Virus record (IMG/VR): IMGVR_UViG_3300021185_001264
Location: 2,784 to 66,783 of that record
Length of the DNA: 64,000 nt
Strand: one strand, 5' to 3'
From: a virus
How positions within the stretch are numbered: position 1 is the stretch's first letter; the number at the start of each line of letters is the position of its first letter. Positions 1 through 10,605 of this stretch are shown here, one piece after another. The notes beneath the pieces were generated by a model. The model was not told the DNA's origin. It ran no database searches and saw only the letters and a list, made by a program, of their open reading frames with translations. The translations under genes and the position numbers were made by a program.

Positions 1-727
1 TCGTAGATAATACATTACCGTCAAGACGTAAATTATCTACATTCCATTGACCAGTTACAGTACCAGTACCAGTTTGAGTAAAAGCACTAGTAATTGCTAA
101 TGTGGTGCCGTCAAAGGTAAAGTTTGCATCGTCTTCTAGTGAGCCTGCTGTGCCAGCAATTACAACACGATTGTTAGTAAGGTCGCTTACCGTTGCAGAT
201 GCGAGTGTTGATTCGCCTGTAACTCCTAAAGTACCTGCAATTAAAGTATTACCGGTTCCGTCTGCTACAGTAAATTTATTTGTATCTACTGCAATACCAC
301 CGTTTGCATTAAGTAAGCCAGTAAATGTAGACGCACCAGAAAAGTTAACTGGTCCATTTAAGTCAATAGTACCTGTTCCAGCAGGATCAAGTACAATGTT
401 ACCGTTAGTATCTGTTGAAGTGATTGTATTACCGTTAAGAGTAAGATTATCGACATTAAGTACATCGATCTTCGAACTCGCATCTACGATAATTGCAGAC
501 GATGCAGTAAGTGTACCGTGTGCGTGATCAGTTAGATTAGTAAAATACTTACCGCCAACTACGTCAATTGCACTCGCAACACCGCCGTTTTCGCCGCCTG
601 TACCTAAGTATAATCTATCTCCGCCGTTTGCTTGTGTGCCAGTGCCATATGCATAACCGAACTCACCTAATGCGAGTGCAGATGGTGCAGTAGTACCACT
701 GGATCTTTTGATCTTAATAATAGACAT
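1..727 (-). CDS. Tail fibre protein, N-terminal part (runs off the window; not in the ORF track)
   Basis: ATG at 727-725 directly after the stop of the 72-aa ORF. Reads MSIIKIKRSSGTTAPSALALGEFGY...GDRLYLGTG...NVDNLTLNGNTITSTDTNGNIVLDPAGTG, an N-terminus and repeat type typical of T4-like fibres. The frame is open to position 1. Confidence 0.8.
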   Translation of the reverse strand, partial: MSIIKIKRSSGTTAPSALALGEFGYAYGTGTQANGGDRLYLGTGGENGGVASAIDVVGGKYFTNLTDHAHGTLTASSAIIVDASSKIDVLNVDNLTLNGNTITSTDTNGNIVLDPAGTGTIDLNGPVNFSGASTFTGLLNANGGIAVDTNKFTVADGTGNTLIAGTLGVTGESTLASATVSDLTNNRVVIAGTAGSLEDDANFTFDGTTLAITSAFTQTGTGTVTGQWNVDNLRLDGNVLST

Positions 728-946
728 TTAGAAATTGCCTCCGTTTATAATTGTATTTATATTATCCATTTCAGTGGTCGATTGCCACTTTGCGGCAGTG
801 CTGTCATACATGATAACAGATCCGTCTTTTTGATTAGTAGCGTCAACGTCAAAGAGGTCGCCAAGCCTGATAGAGGCAGCATTAATCTGGTAATTTGTTA
901 CCATAAAGTTTTGATTTGGTGTAAGTTTTGCCTTAATGTTTGCCAT
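728..946 (-). CDS. Small virion-associated protein
   Basis: 72 aa with LGDLFDV...G.V.MYD....KW motif common in phage structural proteins; tightly packed between neighbours. Confidence 0.6.
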   Translation of the reverse strand: MANIKAKLTPNQNFMVTNYQINAASIRLGDLFDVDATNQKDGSVIMYDSTAAKWQSTTEMDNINTIINGGNF

Positions 947-948
947 CT

Positions 949-1281
949 TTATGTCCTTGTTATGCCGGCTGTTACTGTCGCTGTTCCTTGTACAACACGT
1001 GATTTAGAGCCGCCAGGTGAGGTAATTTCTATATCATATAAGTATCTACCAGGAGATAAGTTATTAGTTACGCTACTACTTAGAGTGATAGAAATTTGAC
1101 CGAGTACTCCGTTATGCGAACAGCCAATGTCCGTTGCAGTTGCCGAATTATACGTTTTTCTCATTTGAGCGGCAACAGTAAATCCAGTAAGATTGAATAC
1201 GGCATCTGTAGCTGTTTCTACATCAATCAACGCCGAGAAATCTGTACCTTGGTCTATTACAATATTTGCTTTAACTGCCAT
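949..1281 (-). CDS. Conserved T4-like virion structural protein (BppU-N-like)
   Basis: IDQGTDF...LTGFTVAAQMRK...GRYLYDIEI...RVVQG pattern; late promoter upstream. Confidence 0.65.
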   Translation of the reverse strand: MAVKANIVIDQGTDFSALIDVETATDAVFNLTGFTVAAQMRKTYNSATATDIGCSHNGVLGQISITLSSSVTNNLSPGRYLYDIEITSPGGSKSRVVQGTATVTAGITRT

Positions 1282-1307
1282 GTTTTTTCCCTAATCTATG
1301 CTACATG

Positions 1308-1319
1308 TATTTATAAATA
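1308..1319. promoter_or_regulatory. Overlapping divergent T4-type late promoters (TATAAATA on both strands)
   Basis: Palindrome TATTTATAAATA between divergent ORFs starting at 1281 (-) and 1354 (+). Confidence 0.8.
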
Positions 1320-1353
1320 ATAAGAACAGAACCTTTAACCAATTGGATTTAAA

Positions 1354-3813
1354 ATGACCTCAAAGTACATCAAATTCGGACTTAGAGCCGATAAGAACTT
1401 AGCAGACCTAACAGTCCCCACAACGGCTTTAGCTAATCTACTAGACGATATATCGCTAAAGGTAAACGATCAAAATGTTAGCACTGGTTTCTTTGTACAA
1501 GACATTGAGCCTATAAAAGGCTTAAGAAACACTGGACTATCAGACTTCACTGACGAAAACGGGCGGTCTAATGATCTCGTTAACTTAAACGGCACTATAG
1601 TAACTTTTACGAATACGTCAAATTCAGTACTACCTGTCGAACCTTTAGTCACTCTTCAAGATAACATAAGCAATTTTAAATCAATTTTGGGTAAGCCTCC
1701 TTGGATAAATGGTGGTGATGGACTCGTATGTAAATTCGTGGGAAGCGATAGAATTAAGTCAACCGCTCTCACTCCTTCCATAACTGGTAATTCTGCTAAC
1801 GTAAGTGCTATCAGCGGTCTATCTGCCAGTCAACTATGGACATCATCTACAACAGGCAATTTAACTAGACTTATTGGACCAGTTGACTTCTGGAACAACG
1901 GAGTATTTGCCTTTAGTGCAAAGCTTCATCCTGAAATGAAAGATACGTATGGTCTTGTACAATGGACTGGATATCTTTCAACTAGATTTAATCAAAACTG
2001 GGGCTCTACAGGGTTATTTATCATAGAGGAAGATACGGTTGATGACGGAACTGAAAACAATTGGACACAACTAAAATCAGTTTTTAGTGCATCCCAAACG
2101 ATAGATAACCTCAGCTTTAGTTCTCCGTCAGGTGGAATTGTCACAATGAACTTCGGTAGTGCTACATCAGGTGGTGTACCTATAAGAAATTATATATGTA
2201 CTGGAATGAAGTTTGGCAGTAGCTCCGAATATACTGTAGTTGGTGTTAATCAAGCAGGTAAAACTGCAACAGTGGAATCGTCCAGCGCCATCTCTGGTAC
2301 TACACATACATTTACTTTCGCATTAGGTCAAGATGAGGTGTCTACGCCTGTAAACTTTACTAGTCAAAAAGCAGGAAACAGGGTTAGAGTGAGATACACT
2401 CTCTGGTATCCAAAAATTAATAACGGTAGTGCTTACAGACAAAAAACGTTTAGAGAAGTCACTTCCAACTCCAATAGGGCGCCATTTTCAGATTTCTATA
2501 AAGAGTTTGATAGAAATCAAGTATTCGGCCCATACACGTACAAATACTTTAGCGATAATAAAGCAAGCGAATTAAATCAAACATCAAATTCAAAACTAAC
2601 GGTGCTTGATACAATATCTCTCTTGGTAGATCCTCCCAAAGCTTTGACTGATAAAGTATTATACAGCACAGCGACAGGAGCTACTCCTAAAACTATTACA
2701 GTCAGAGATGGATTTGGCAAAATATCCGCAAGCAACTTCACAGGAGTTAGCGTAGGAGACTGGATGGCATTCGAACGAGGAGGCAGAATGTTTGCATATC
2801 AAATACTCGATATTAGTGGAAGCGATATTGCAGGGAATCCATATGCTTACGTTAAGGAAAATTTCAACCAGGATACAGATAACAGCAATCAAAAGTTTAG
2901 CATCGGAGATACAGAATCAGTACTCTTCTTTAAGAATTTAGGTCTTATAGGACTGTTTAGACTCTCTTCAGCTGGAAACTCCACTGGATCTCTCTATCAA
3001 CTTTATCCGCAAACTTCAGATACCGTTAATCCAAATACGACAGTATTCACTGATCAAATTATAATGTCTATTAATCCTAACGGTACGCAGGGAATGCCGT
3101 CGAAAAGAGTGTTTAGTGCAACTGGCACATCACCGAGAACCGTAGTAATAAATGATTATTTAAGTAGCGGTACTAGTGCTTTTTTTGCTAGTACATCGAC
3201 CAATCACTTTGCCGCAGTTTATGCTTCTAGAGGACTAGACGATAAGGCATCATATCTTCAATGTAATGGAGTTTACGGAAGAGAAGTGAACGCTACTGCG
3301 GGAAGCGGTCAAAGCCAAATAGAGTTAACTACAACAGAAGGAGTGACTATAGGAGATTACGTACACTTTTACGGTAGCGGTAGTGCAGGAGGTACAGGAG
3401 CTGTACCTGGATCACCAGACTTCACCAACAATAAAGTTGGTACTACCACAACAGTGCAATCTATAAACAACAGTACTAAAACGATAACATTAACCGCACC
3501 TCTTACAGCCGCCATACCTAAGGCTCGCACTATAGTTTTCATAAAATCAACAAATAATCCAGGAAGTGCTAATAAAGAGTTCTGCGTCATTCCCCTAAAC
3601 ACTGCTCCTCCATTTGAAGGTACCACTATCGGACTTAAAACGCCTAGCGCAAACGCAAACTTAGTTGTAGTCGGATTGACATTTGGTACTCTAAAAATAC
3701 AAACTCCTACTTCAAAGCTTGTCGCAATATCAGGTAGTCCAGAAGAAAATAGTTCAGCGTATTTTCCTATAAAATATGGTAATAGTGCTATCTACAAAGC
3801 CCTTATAGTTTAA
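1354..3813 (+). CDS. Putative virion/tail-associated protein
   Basis: 819 aa, Ser/Thr/Gly-rich beta-type sequence; N-terminal GLRADKNLADL...ALANL motif; late promoter upstream. Confidence 0.6.
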   Translation: MTSKYIKFGLRADKNLADLTVPTTALANLLDDISLKVNDQNVSTGFFVQDIEPIKGLRNTGLSDFTDENGRSNDLVNLNGTIVTFTNTSNSVLPVEPLVTLQDNISNFKSILGKPPWINGGDGLVCKFVGSDRIKSTALTPSITGNSANVSAISGLSASQLWTSSTTGNLTRLIGPVDFWNNGVFAFSAKLHPEMKDTYGLVQWTGYLSTRFNQNWGSTGLFIIEEDTVDDGTENNWTQLKSVFSASQTIDNLSFSSPSGGIVTMNFGSATSGGVPIRNYICTGMKFGSSSEYTVVGVNQAGKTATVESSSAISGTTHTFTFALGQDEVSTPVNFTSQKAGNRVRVRYTLWYPKINNGSAYRQKTFREVTSNSNRAPFSDFYKEFDRNQVFGPYTYKYFSDNKASELNQTSNSKLTVLDTISLLVDPPKALTDKVLYSTATGATPKTITVRDGFGKISASNFTGVSVGDWMAFERGGRMFAYQILDISGSDIAGNPYAYVKENFNQDTDNSNQKFSIGDTESVLFFKNLGLIGLFRLSSAGNSTGSLYQLYPQTSDTVNPNTTVFTDQIIMSINPNGTQGMPSKRVFSATGTSPRTVVINDYLSSGTSAFFASTSTNHFAAVYASRGLDDKASYLQCNGVYGREVNATAGSGQSQIELTTTEGVTIGDYVHFYGSGSAGGTGAVPGSPDFTNNKVGTTTTVQSINNSTKTITLTAPLTAAIPKARTIVFIKSTNNPGSANKEFCVIPLNTAPPFEGTTIGLKTPSANANLVVVGLTFGTLKIQTPTSKLVAISGSPEENSSAYFPIKYGNSAIYKALIV

Positions 3814-4753
3814 CTAATAAAAAGAATTGTTCTCCGTTTATGGTAATAGGCAATTTGTGGGTATAAGAAGCTGTTGTATTTGATTGACTTACTATATTCG
3901 TTGATGTAGTAGTAAGTCTAGGCGCTAGGCTTGCATTACTAGGCTTTAAGTGTAGTACATTGGGCTGAGAATTAGCGTTTGTCGTAGATATAGAATTTGC
4001 TGTTGTTTGGTCACTCCATGGGTTAGATGCATCGCTGAATGCTCTCTGTGCGGCAGCACTAGGATTACTTGGGTCTATGATAAACAGCCCAGGAGTATTA
4101 TTTGCTGGCTGAGTACTTGATGTCGCATCTAAATCAGCAATCACAACTCCGCCTTTAAACTTTACAACTGTATCAAACGTACTGTCTTCAAACGTTAAAG
4201 GAATTCGACTTCTCTTGTAGTAAAATAGTCCTAGTTGCGAATTGATATAATTAACTTGTTCAGATGCATTATATTCATTAAACAGATCCGATGCACCATC
4301 ATCTTGACTAACTCCACTACTTGCAGATGGATTAGTTTCCAATCTCTTTTTACTTAAATTAGATAGATTCTCAGCCGTTACTCCATCATTTCTTCTTAAA
4401 ATGCCAGAAGGAGCAATTGCGGCGTTTTGAGCGTTCACAACTTTGAATTTATCTATTCCATTAGATTCAGTAATTGTATGATCGAATACTGTTGGAGAAC
4501 CCGCTACAGAAACCTTAGTGCCGTCTGAGAATGCAGTTTTACCTTGAACAGTAACGGTTACTACCTTAGTAGTGGCATTTACTGTATAATCCGTACCGTC
4601 TAGCTTAGAAATGACTCTAAAATTTCCATCAAAAAGCATAATATCTGCTTTGATGTTAGGTCCGCCTAAGTTGTTAAGTATTTTTTCATCTCTTATACCA
4701 GTATCACTTTCTACGAAGTTTAAGTCTCTTACAAATCCTTGTTGTCCTGACAT
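3803..4753 (-). CDS. Putative virion/tail-associated protein
   Basis: 316 aa; C-terminal YTHKLPITINGEQFFLL motif; last gene of the minus-strand late operon. Confidence 0.55.
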   Translation of the reverse strand: MSGQQGFVRDLNFVESDTGIRDEKILNNLGGPNIKADIMLFDGNFRVISKLDGTDYTVNATTKVVTVTVQGKTAFSDGTKVSVAGSPTVFDHTITESNGIDKFKVVNAQNAAIAPSGILRRNDGVTAENLSNLSKKRLETNPSASSGVSQDDGASDLFNEYNASEQVNYINSQLGLFYYKRSRIPLTFEDSTFDTVVKFKGGVVIADLDATSSTQPANNTPGLFIIDPSNPSAAAQRAFSDASNPWSDQTTANSISTTNANSQPNVLHLKPSNASLAPRLTTTSTNIVSQSNTTASYTHKLPITINGEQFFLLVKL

Positions 4754-4765
4754 ATTACCAAATTC

Positions 4766-7252
4766 CTATGTTAAATCTAAAAGAATGGTCCAGAATTGTT
4801 CTAGATACTTAAGTTTTGCTATCGTACTATTCTCTTCCTGACCACTTCCATCATTGATAATGGCATCTCTACTTAATCCGTTATTACCTAATAAGTTAAT
4901 GCTAACTCCCGATCTAGGATTAAGGAAATAGTTATCGTATAAATCACTGATGATATTTGTGCCAACTCCAGCGTTCAAGGCATTATTACTCATGTCGAGC
5001 GTTCGTAGAATAGTATTATACTTTAACGCCTCTGGAGTATAGCCTACTATAGAGTTATTATTTAAGTACAAGATTTGAAGTCTAGTTGCTCCAGACATAT
5101 CAGGCAAATTACCAGAAATTTGATTATTATGTAAATCTAGTATGTATAGATAAGGAGTATTCAGTGCAGGTAAAGATCCTGCAAACCCATTATTGTATAG
5201 ATAAGCATAAGTTAACCTATTACTAGTCCAACTTGGAATAGTTCCGGTCATGGAATTACTATTAAGTCTCAAATAGTATAGATTGTTATTTCCTACTAAT
5301 AGAGGAAGATTTCCGTTTATTCCAGTGTTTGCTATATACAAGCCCCGTAAATTTGCGTTGCTTGAGAAATTGGGAAGAGGTCCTGCGATATTAGAGTTAC
5401 TATACGTATATAACCATTGCAAATTTCCCATTTCGGCAAATACTTCTCCAGTGCCTCCTCCCGCTATAGATGCTGTTGTTCCAAAGAAGTCGGTGCCCGT
5501 GTGTCTAGATCCTGCAAATAAAATAGTCGATAGACTATCAGCTCCTATGAAACTACTATCCCTCAGTTCTCCTGATGCGGAGGTCCACCTAAGATCAAGG
5601 TAAGATAGTGAAGATAATCCTTTGTTTGAGAAATCTGCGCCTATGTTAGACGCAACGGTAGAAGATCCGTACATGTGTATAGTATCGAGTGATGTACAGC
5701 CATTAAATTTACCATTCAAATTTCTGCTTCTATTAGAGTCAGGGTGAGAATGCGTTTGCCGGTATATTCTGATCACAGTATTACCAGATACATCGACCAC
5801 ATTATGAGCATTACCATCAGAGACAAATGAATCCAATAATGTACTTGCAATAGTAATATCTCCTCCTCCTTGTTTTTGCGTAATGCCGCACGAAGTAAAA
5901 CTAAGTGAAGTCAAATTAGGACTAGCGCAAACACCGTTATCTAATTGACTAAAAGGTTGATGATCTAAGCTATAGCTTTTTATTCCCTTTACCCCATTTG
6001 AATCAACAAATGTCTGAGGACTAATTACGGCTCCGCTAATCATTGTTCTTCGTGCATCTCTACTGTATAACGATCCTAGTGATATATGTTCCAAATCTTG
6101 ATAATCAGTTAAGACAATTGGAGTGCTATCCCTAAATGTTCCATTCATAGTCAAATGGGTAAGTGTAGTAGGAAGAGTATTAAGTTGAGTGTTAGCGGGT
6201 ATTTGATTACCGTTGACATCTTCTGCTCTAGACATATCGTTTGAAGATATATTTATTTTTAAAAGAGCAGGAGCTAGATTGTCTCCATTTCTAGTTGAGT
6301 TTCCAAATTTAGGCAATTCGTAAAAATCGTTATTGTTAATATCTATTCTTTTTATCGCAGGCAAACTTACATTTGTCCACTCTGATAAATTAACGAAAGG
6401 AATACGCAGTTCAAGAATGTTAGCAGGATTATAAAAGAATTCTAATGTTCTGGCTCTCGATGTGTTGTCATTAAAAGAGTATGTTCCTGGCGCAGTATCA
6501 TATACTCCTAAGGCTCTATCGCCGCTTTCATACACTTGTCCTCCAGCTTTATTTGTAATTCTGTATACGGGAGGAATATTGCCTGCACTATCTTGTATAG
6601 GAGTGACTGTATGACTAAATGTATTACTTCTGAAAAACGTATTGAATACTAAAGGAATTCCTTTCATAACTAAGAATTTTTTAGTTGAGAAACTACTAGT
6701 ATTGTCCTTAATATCTATAGATAGTTCATGTGTTGCGACCTCTGCCCTATACTTCTTTTCAATTGGCGCTTTCGTAGTACCTAAAGAAGAAAAAGTAATG
6801 TCCTGTCCTGTTACTTCAACTTCTCCGCCATATGTAATTGAACTTCCTATTGAGGACCAAGATGACACTCTAGATGTAGAGATATCGGCAACACTCATAT
6901 TATGCTTACCGTTCACTAGTGGGTTAGAATAATCTAAGTAATTGTATTTTATAGCGGCGGCATTGATCTGGTTGTTTATCTGTAGATTAAAGTTTAATGG
7001 CTGACCAATATCTTTTAAGCTAGTGAGTAATCCTCCTACGGTATTTGAGGACCTAGAAAGAGATGCTAATTCTTTTTTCTGATCTTCAACAAGTCCAGAA
7101 ATAGTGTGTAATTCGTCAGAGTTTATGCCTGCGGAAGATAGACCTGAAATCAGATCCAAATCTCTTTGGTCTAATCCTAAATTGTTGAGAGCTTCTGCTG
7201 AATTATCGACATCATTCAAAGCTAACTGTACGTTGAGACCTCTAAATGCCAT
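4766..7252 (-). CDS. Leucine-rich-repeat protein, probably virion-associated
   Basis: C-terminal tandem LxxLxLxxNxxxGxLP repeats (e.g. LYYLRLNSNSMTGTIP, LYILDLHNNQISGNLP). Confidence 0.75.
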   Translation of the reverse strand: MAFRGLNVQLALNDVDNSAEALNNLGLDQRDLDLISGLSSAGINSDELHTISGLVEDQKKELASLSRSSNTVGGLLTSLKDIGQPLNFNLQINNQINAAAIKYNYLDYSNPLVNGKHNMSVADISTSRVSSWSSIGSSITYGGEVEVTGQDITFSSLGTTKAPIEKKYRAEVATHELSIDIKDNTSSFSTKKFLVMKGIPLVFNTFFRSNTFSHTVTPIQDSAGNIPPVYRITNKAGGQVYESGDRALGVYDTAPGTYSFNDNTSRARTLEFFYNPANILELRIPFVNLSEWTNVSLPAIKRIDINNNDFYELPKFGNSTRNGDNLAPALLKINISSNDMSRAEDVNGNQIPANTQLNTLPTTLTHLTMNGTFRDSTPIVLTDYQDLEHISLGSLYSRDARRTMISGAVISPQTFVDSNGVKGIKSYSLDHQPFSQLDNGVCASPNLTSLSFTSCGITQKQGGGDITIASTLLDSFVSDGNAHNVVDVSGNTVIRIYRQTHSHPDSNRSRNLNGKFNGCTSLDTIHMYGSSTVASNIGADFSNKGLSSLSYLDLRWTSASGELRDSSFIGADSLSTILFAGSRHTGTDFFGTTASIAGGGTGEVFAEMGNLQWLYTYSNSNIAGPLPNFSSNANLRGLYIANTGINGNLPLLVGNNNLYYLRLNSNSMTGTIPSWTSNRLTYAYLYNNGFAGSLPALNTPYLYILDLHNNQISGNLPDMSGATRLQILYLNNNSIVGYTPEALKYNTILRTLDMSNNALNAGVGTNIISDLYDNYFLNPRSGVSINLLGNNGLSRDAIINDGSGQEENSTIAKLKYLEQFWTILLDLT

Positions 7253-10200
7253 TATTGTTCCTTTACCGTAAGCGTCATTTCTATATTGCCGACAGATAAT
7301 CCATCTACTGCCGATGCAGTAAGATACACTGCTCTATTATTTAGTAGTCCTCTAGCTATTCCCTTTCTGTCTCTATTGAAAATATTAGACAAGTCAAATT
7401 TTTCTGGTGATCCACCTTTAACGTATAAAGAATATATCACTGTACCTGGTCGCAAAGGATTTAAACATTGATCATCAAATCTCACGCTAGACAGCCTATT
7501 ATCACTTTGAAAGGCCGCTGGCGTTAGAGCGTTACTTGATGATGGGCCTCCTGATTGACTAGAATTGACTATTGTTAGTGTAGACGCATCTTTAATAAAC
7601 ACTGGAGTATGAGTGCGAACTGTTTCTGGAGTAAATTCTTCAACTATGATATTATTTACTTTCGCATTATCTTTCAAGGCAAATACGAGATATAAAGGCT
7701 GAGAATTAAATTTAACAGCTTTAGATTTGTTAAATGAGTCACCATTTAGGTCGCTGTCAAGTTGCCAATCGTCTTTGATTGTTATGATTTTAGTGTTAAC
7801 TGAGGCAACAGTTCTGTTTCCGCCATTAGTAGGATCTCCATCTACATAAGCAAAAGTGCCTTCTCCATCTACAGTGATAGGAACAGTGTGATAATATACT
7901 CCTATACCAACTCCGCCCACTCCAACTTCTGTGCTTTGAGGCACAACAGCTCCAGAACTATCAAGAGTGAAAAGTGAAGAGTCAGGACCGTTATTATTAT
8001 CAAAATTAATTCTCCATTTACCGCTAAATTGTCCTGAAGTTATAGCCGTTACGCTACTGACTGCATTGCTTAAAATTCTTACTTCGCCTATAAGAGTAGA
8101 TATGTATCCTGAATCAGGACCTTCTGGGCTTCCTAATCTGTAATCGACCATGAACATGTCCGATAATCCTGGATCCCATTCATACTTATCTGCTTTTACT
8201 GAATAGTCTGGTGCTGTTCCTTCTGAAGAATATTCCTGATGGAGTTCATCATATAAAGAGTATGGAGCTTTTACTCCACCGGCATCTTCAAACTTTAGAA
8301 CATTGGGATTGACGGTCGTATCAATTTCTGGTACTTTAGATGTGACTGACACTGCAAAATCTGCAAAGTGTTTACTTCCGTCTCCGCTCCTAGGATTTAA
8401 AAAATGTATCTTAAAGTTGTTGCTATATATCGGAACAGTAGATGCCGCAATAGCATGATAATTAGAAAGTCTCCCGGTAAAAGTAGGTCCAGTAGAAGTG
8501 TCTAATAAAGTACCATCAGCTTTAATTCCTTTTAATTCAAACGAAATTGGAGAAGAAAGTGTTTGACTACTAGTTCGCCTTCGTATAACTGTAGAATTTG
8601 TAAGATTACTATCAAAGTTGACATACGCATTATACACTCCATCTGCTATCAAATGCGCTTTATCATCCTTCAACGTTAAATTATCTCCTCCTAAAATATT
8701 TAACTGACTGCCGAGTGGAGCTATAGCCTGAAAAGTTAAGGTTCTAGAATTTGGATGAACTCCATTATGAAGAGAGGGAGAAAAGTTATAATGAACTCCA
8801 TCGGGAGAACCTCGTATTTCTTCGATATCAACTCTAGTATCTATACTACTAGATATAGACATTGTAGTTGGATAAGCCTTTTTAAAGTTAGGTATTCCTA
8901 CTCCATCTTGGTTAAAAATCTCTTGTTTAGGAAGAATTCCCAAAATTGGAGTCCGTTCATCGCCAGAGAACGATTTAGTGTCTACTGTCGTTGTCGCAAG
9001 TCTTATTGTTCCCTCATCTCCTCCATCAACATAATAACTACTACCGTACTTATACAAAACTACCGGCTTTTCCATAGTCTTATTTTCTTCAGTGGAAATC
9101 AGATATTTGAATTTAAAATCTGGATTATTAAGAATAGGCAACCCCAAACCATTCTCGATGATAAGTCGATGCATCAATACCCAACGGGCTTCACCGTTAT
9201 TAACAGGAACATAAGCGTAAAACTTTGCTCCAATAGCTCCATACCAAGAAAACTCAATTTTATACATGGTAACATCTTCGAATGAAAGTATGTATCCAGA
9301 ATCACCGCCGCCCAAAAGCTTATCGCCGTTAAACTTGGTTCTAGGTATAACAGTCTCCCACATAGCTTCACGAACTTCTACACCTTTAGTCTCAATAGGA
9401 GATGAACCTTGATCTGATACAGCAAGTCCTTGCTTAAGTAACAAATCGTCTGGTAATTTTATAGTGCTTCTGCGTACAATGTTGAATTTCGATCCTACTA
9501 ATTGAAACATATATTCATCTGTAGAGTTTGAACATCCCCACTCGATAGTATTTGTCGGTGATGTAGGATCAGTCTCTTGTCTTACGCCAAAAGTGAATCC
9601 GCTTGCTCTGCCAGGCTGATATCTAAAAGTTTTTTTACTTTCCAATATAGCAAATTTTGGCTGAATTGATGATCCACCAGGTCGAGATTCTTCTTGCAAG
9701 AATTCTTGTATTATCTTGTATAATGCCAGCTCGGTAAAGTCTGTTACCGCTGAACCAGTTAGGATAGGAAAAGTAGCCACGCTGGCAATAATCTTGTCGT
9801 ATAATGCAGTCCATCTTTCAACCTGATCAAATGAATCTTGTAAATCTGCTCCATACTCTACATCGTGAAAATTAGTATCATTATCAAAAAATCTTGTAGT
9901 CTCATTAAATGAAATGGGTATTACTGCCTCTGATGCGTTCACAATAGTTATGTTTCTATTGATAAGGTTTCTTTCAGCAAATTGTGTGGCGGCATCTAAA
10001 TCAAGTTCTAAGAAATATTCATACAGCCATTTACCCATAGCAATAAAGTTCATGTATGCTACCATAGTGCTACTAGCACTCGATAGCTTGTCTACTATCG
10101 TGCTACCTGGAAAGGCGTATTGAGATGGAAAAGAAGAAAGAGAGAGTGCTTGTTCTTCAGATTCTTCTTGAAATTTCGGATCGAATCTTCTACCATATAC

Positions 10201-10602
10201 AGGATTCTCTTTTCTATACCACTCTCCAGGATAACTACCAGTTGGGCCAAGATACACGCTCCAATTATCAGTGTCTAATCCATATGTGGATACGTCCGAG
10301 AAAAGACTTAACTGTTCCTCTGAGCGAGGAACACCTAAAAGAGAACTACTTACTTCTGATTCAGAAGAAAATTGCTCGGCAATTGGAATAGATAGAACAG
10401 GATTATTGTCATAGTTATTAGCGTAAACAGGTGTAGAATAATCCGATTTGGAAAACGATCCTACTACTGCCTCGTCTTCAGTGTAAATCGGATTACCTGC
10501 AACGTCTACAAGTTTGTTGCCCTCGATGTCAATAAGCTGTATGAACTGCTTAGTGACTGGAGCAGGTACTTTATCCAGTCCAAGTTTTATCTGCTTTGGC
10601 AT
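7252..10602 (-). CDS. Large virion-region protein, paralogue of the 1382-aa neighbour
   Basis: Shares blocks FRYQPGR.S..TFGV, VTM.KIEFSWYGA.GA.F.AYVPV.NGEARWV, KYG.SYY.DGGD.GT.RL and a C-terminal EQ with 10606..14754. Confidence 0.65.
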   Translation of the reverse strand: MPKQIKLGLDKVPAPVTKQFIQLIDIEGNKLVDVAGNPIYTEDEAVVGSFSKSDYSTPVYANNYDNNPVLSIPIAEQFSSESEVSSSLLGVPRSEEQLSLFSDVSTYGLDTDNWSVYLGPTGSYPGEWYRKENPVYGRRFDPKFQEESEEQALSLSSFPSQYAFPGSTIVDKLSSASSTMVAYMNFIAMGKWLYEYFLELDLDAATQFAERNLINRNITIVNASEAVIPISFNETTRFFDNDTNFHDVEYGADLQDSFDQVERWTALYDKIIASVATFPILTGSAVTDFTELALYKIIQEFLQEESRPGGSSIQPKFAILESKKTFRYQPGRASGFTFGVRQETDPTSPTNTIEWGCSNSTDEYMFQLVGSKFNIVRRSTIKLPDDLLLKQGLAVSDQGSSPIETKGVEVREAMWETVIPRTKFNGDKLLGGGDSGYILSFEDVTMYKIEFSWYGAIGAKFYAYVPVNNGEARWVLMHRLIIENGLGLPILNNPDFKFKYLISTEENKTMEKPVVLYKYGSSYYVDGGDEGTIRLATTTVDTKSFSGDERTPILGILPKQEIFNQDGVGIPNFKKAYPTTMSISSSIDTRVDIEEIRGSPDGVHYNFSPSLHNGVHPNSRTLTFQAIAPLGSQLNILGGDNLTLKDDKAHLIADGVYNAYVNFDSNLTNSTVIRRRTSSQTLSSPISFELKGIKADGTLLDTSTGPTFTGRLSNYHAIAASTVPIYSNNFKIHFLNPRSGDGSKHFADFAVSVTSKVPEIDTTVNPNVLKFEDAGGVKAPYSLYDELHQEYSSEGTAPDYSVKADKYEWDPGLSDMFMVDYRLGSPEGPDSGYISTLIGEVRILSNAVSSVTAITSGQFSGKWRINFDNNNGPDSSLFTLDSSGAVVPQSTEVGVGGVGIGVYYHTVPITVDGEGTFAYVDGDPTNGGNRTVASVNTKIITIKDDWQLDSDLNGDSFNKSKAVKFNSQPLYLVFALKDNAKVNNIIVEEFTPETVRTHTPVFIKDASTLTIVNSSQSGGPSSSNALTPAAFQSDNRLSSVRFDDQCLNPLRPGTVIYSLYVKGGSPEKFDLSNIFNRDRKGIARGLLNNRAVYLTASAVDGLSVGNIEMTLTVKEQ

Positions 10603-10605
10603 GAG

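Noticed and set aside
102-527. 141-aa + strand ORF
   Set aside because: Antisense shadow of the minus-strand tail fibre starting at 727.
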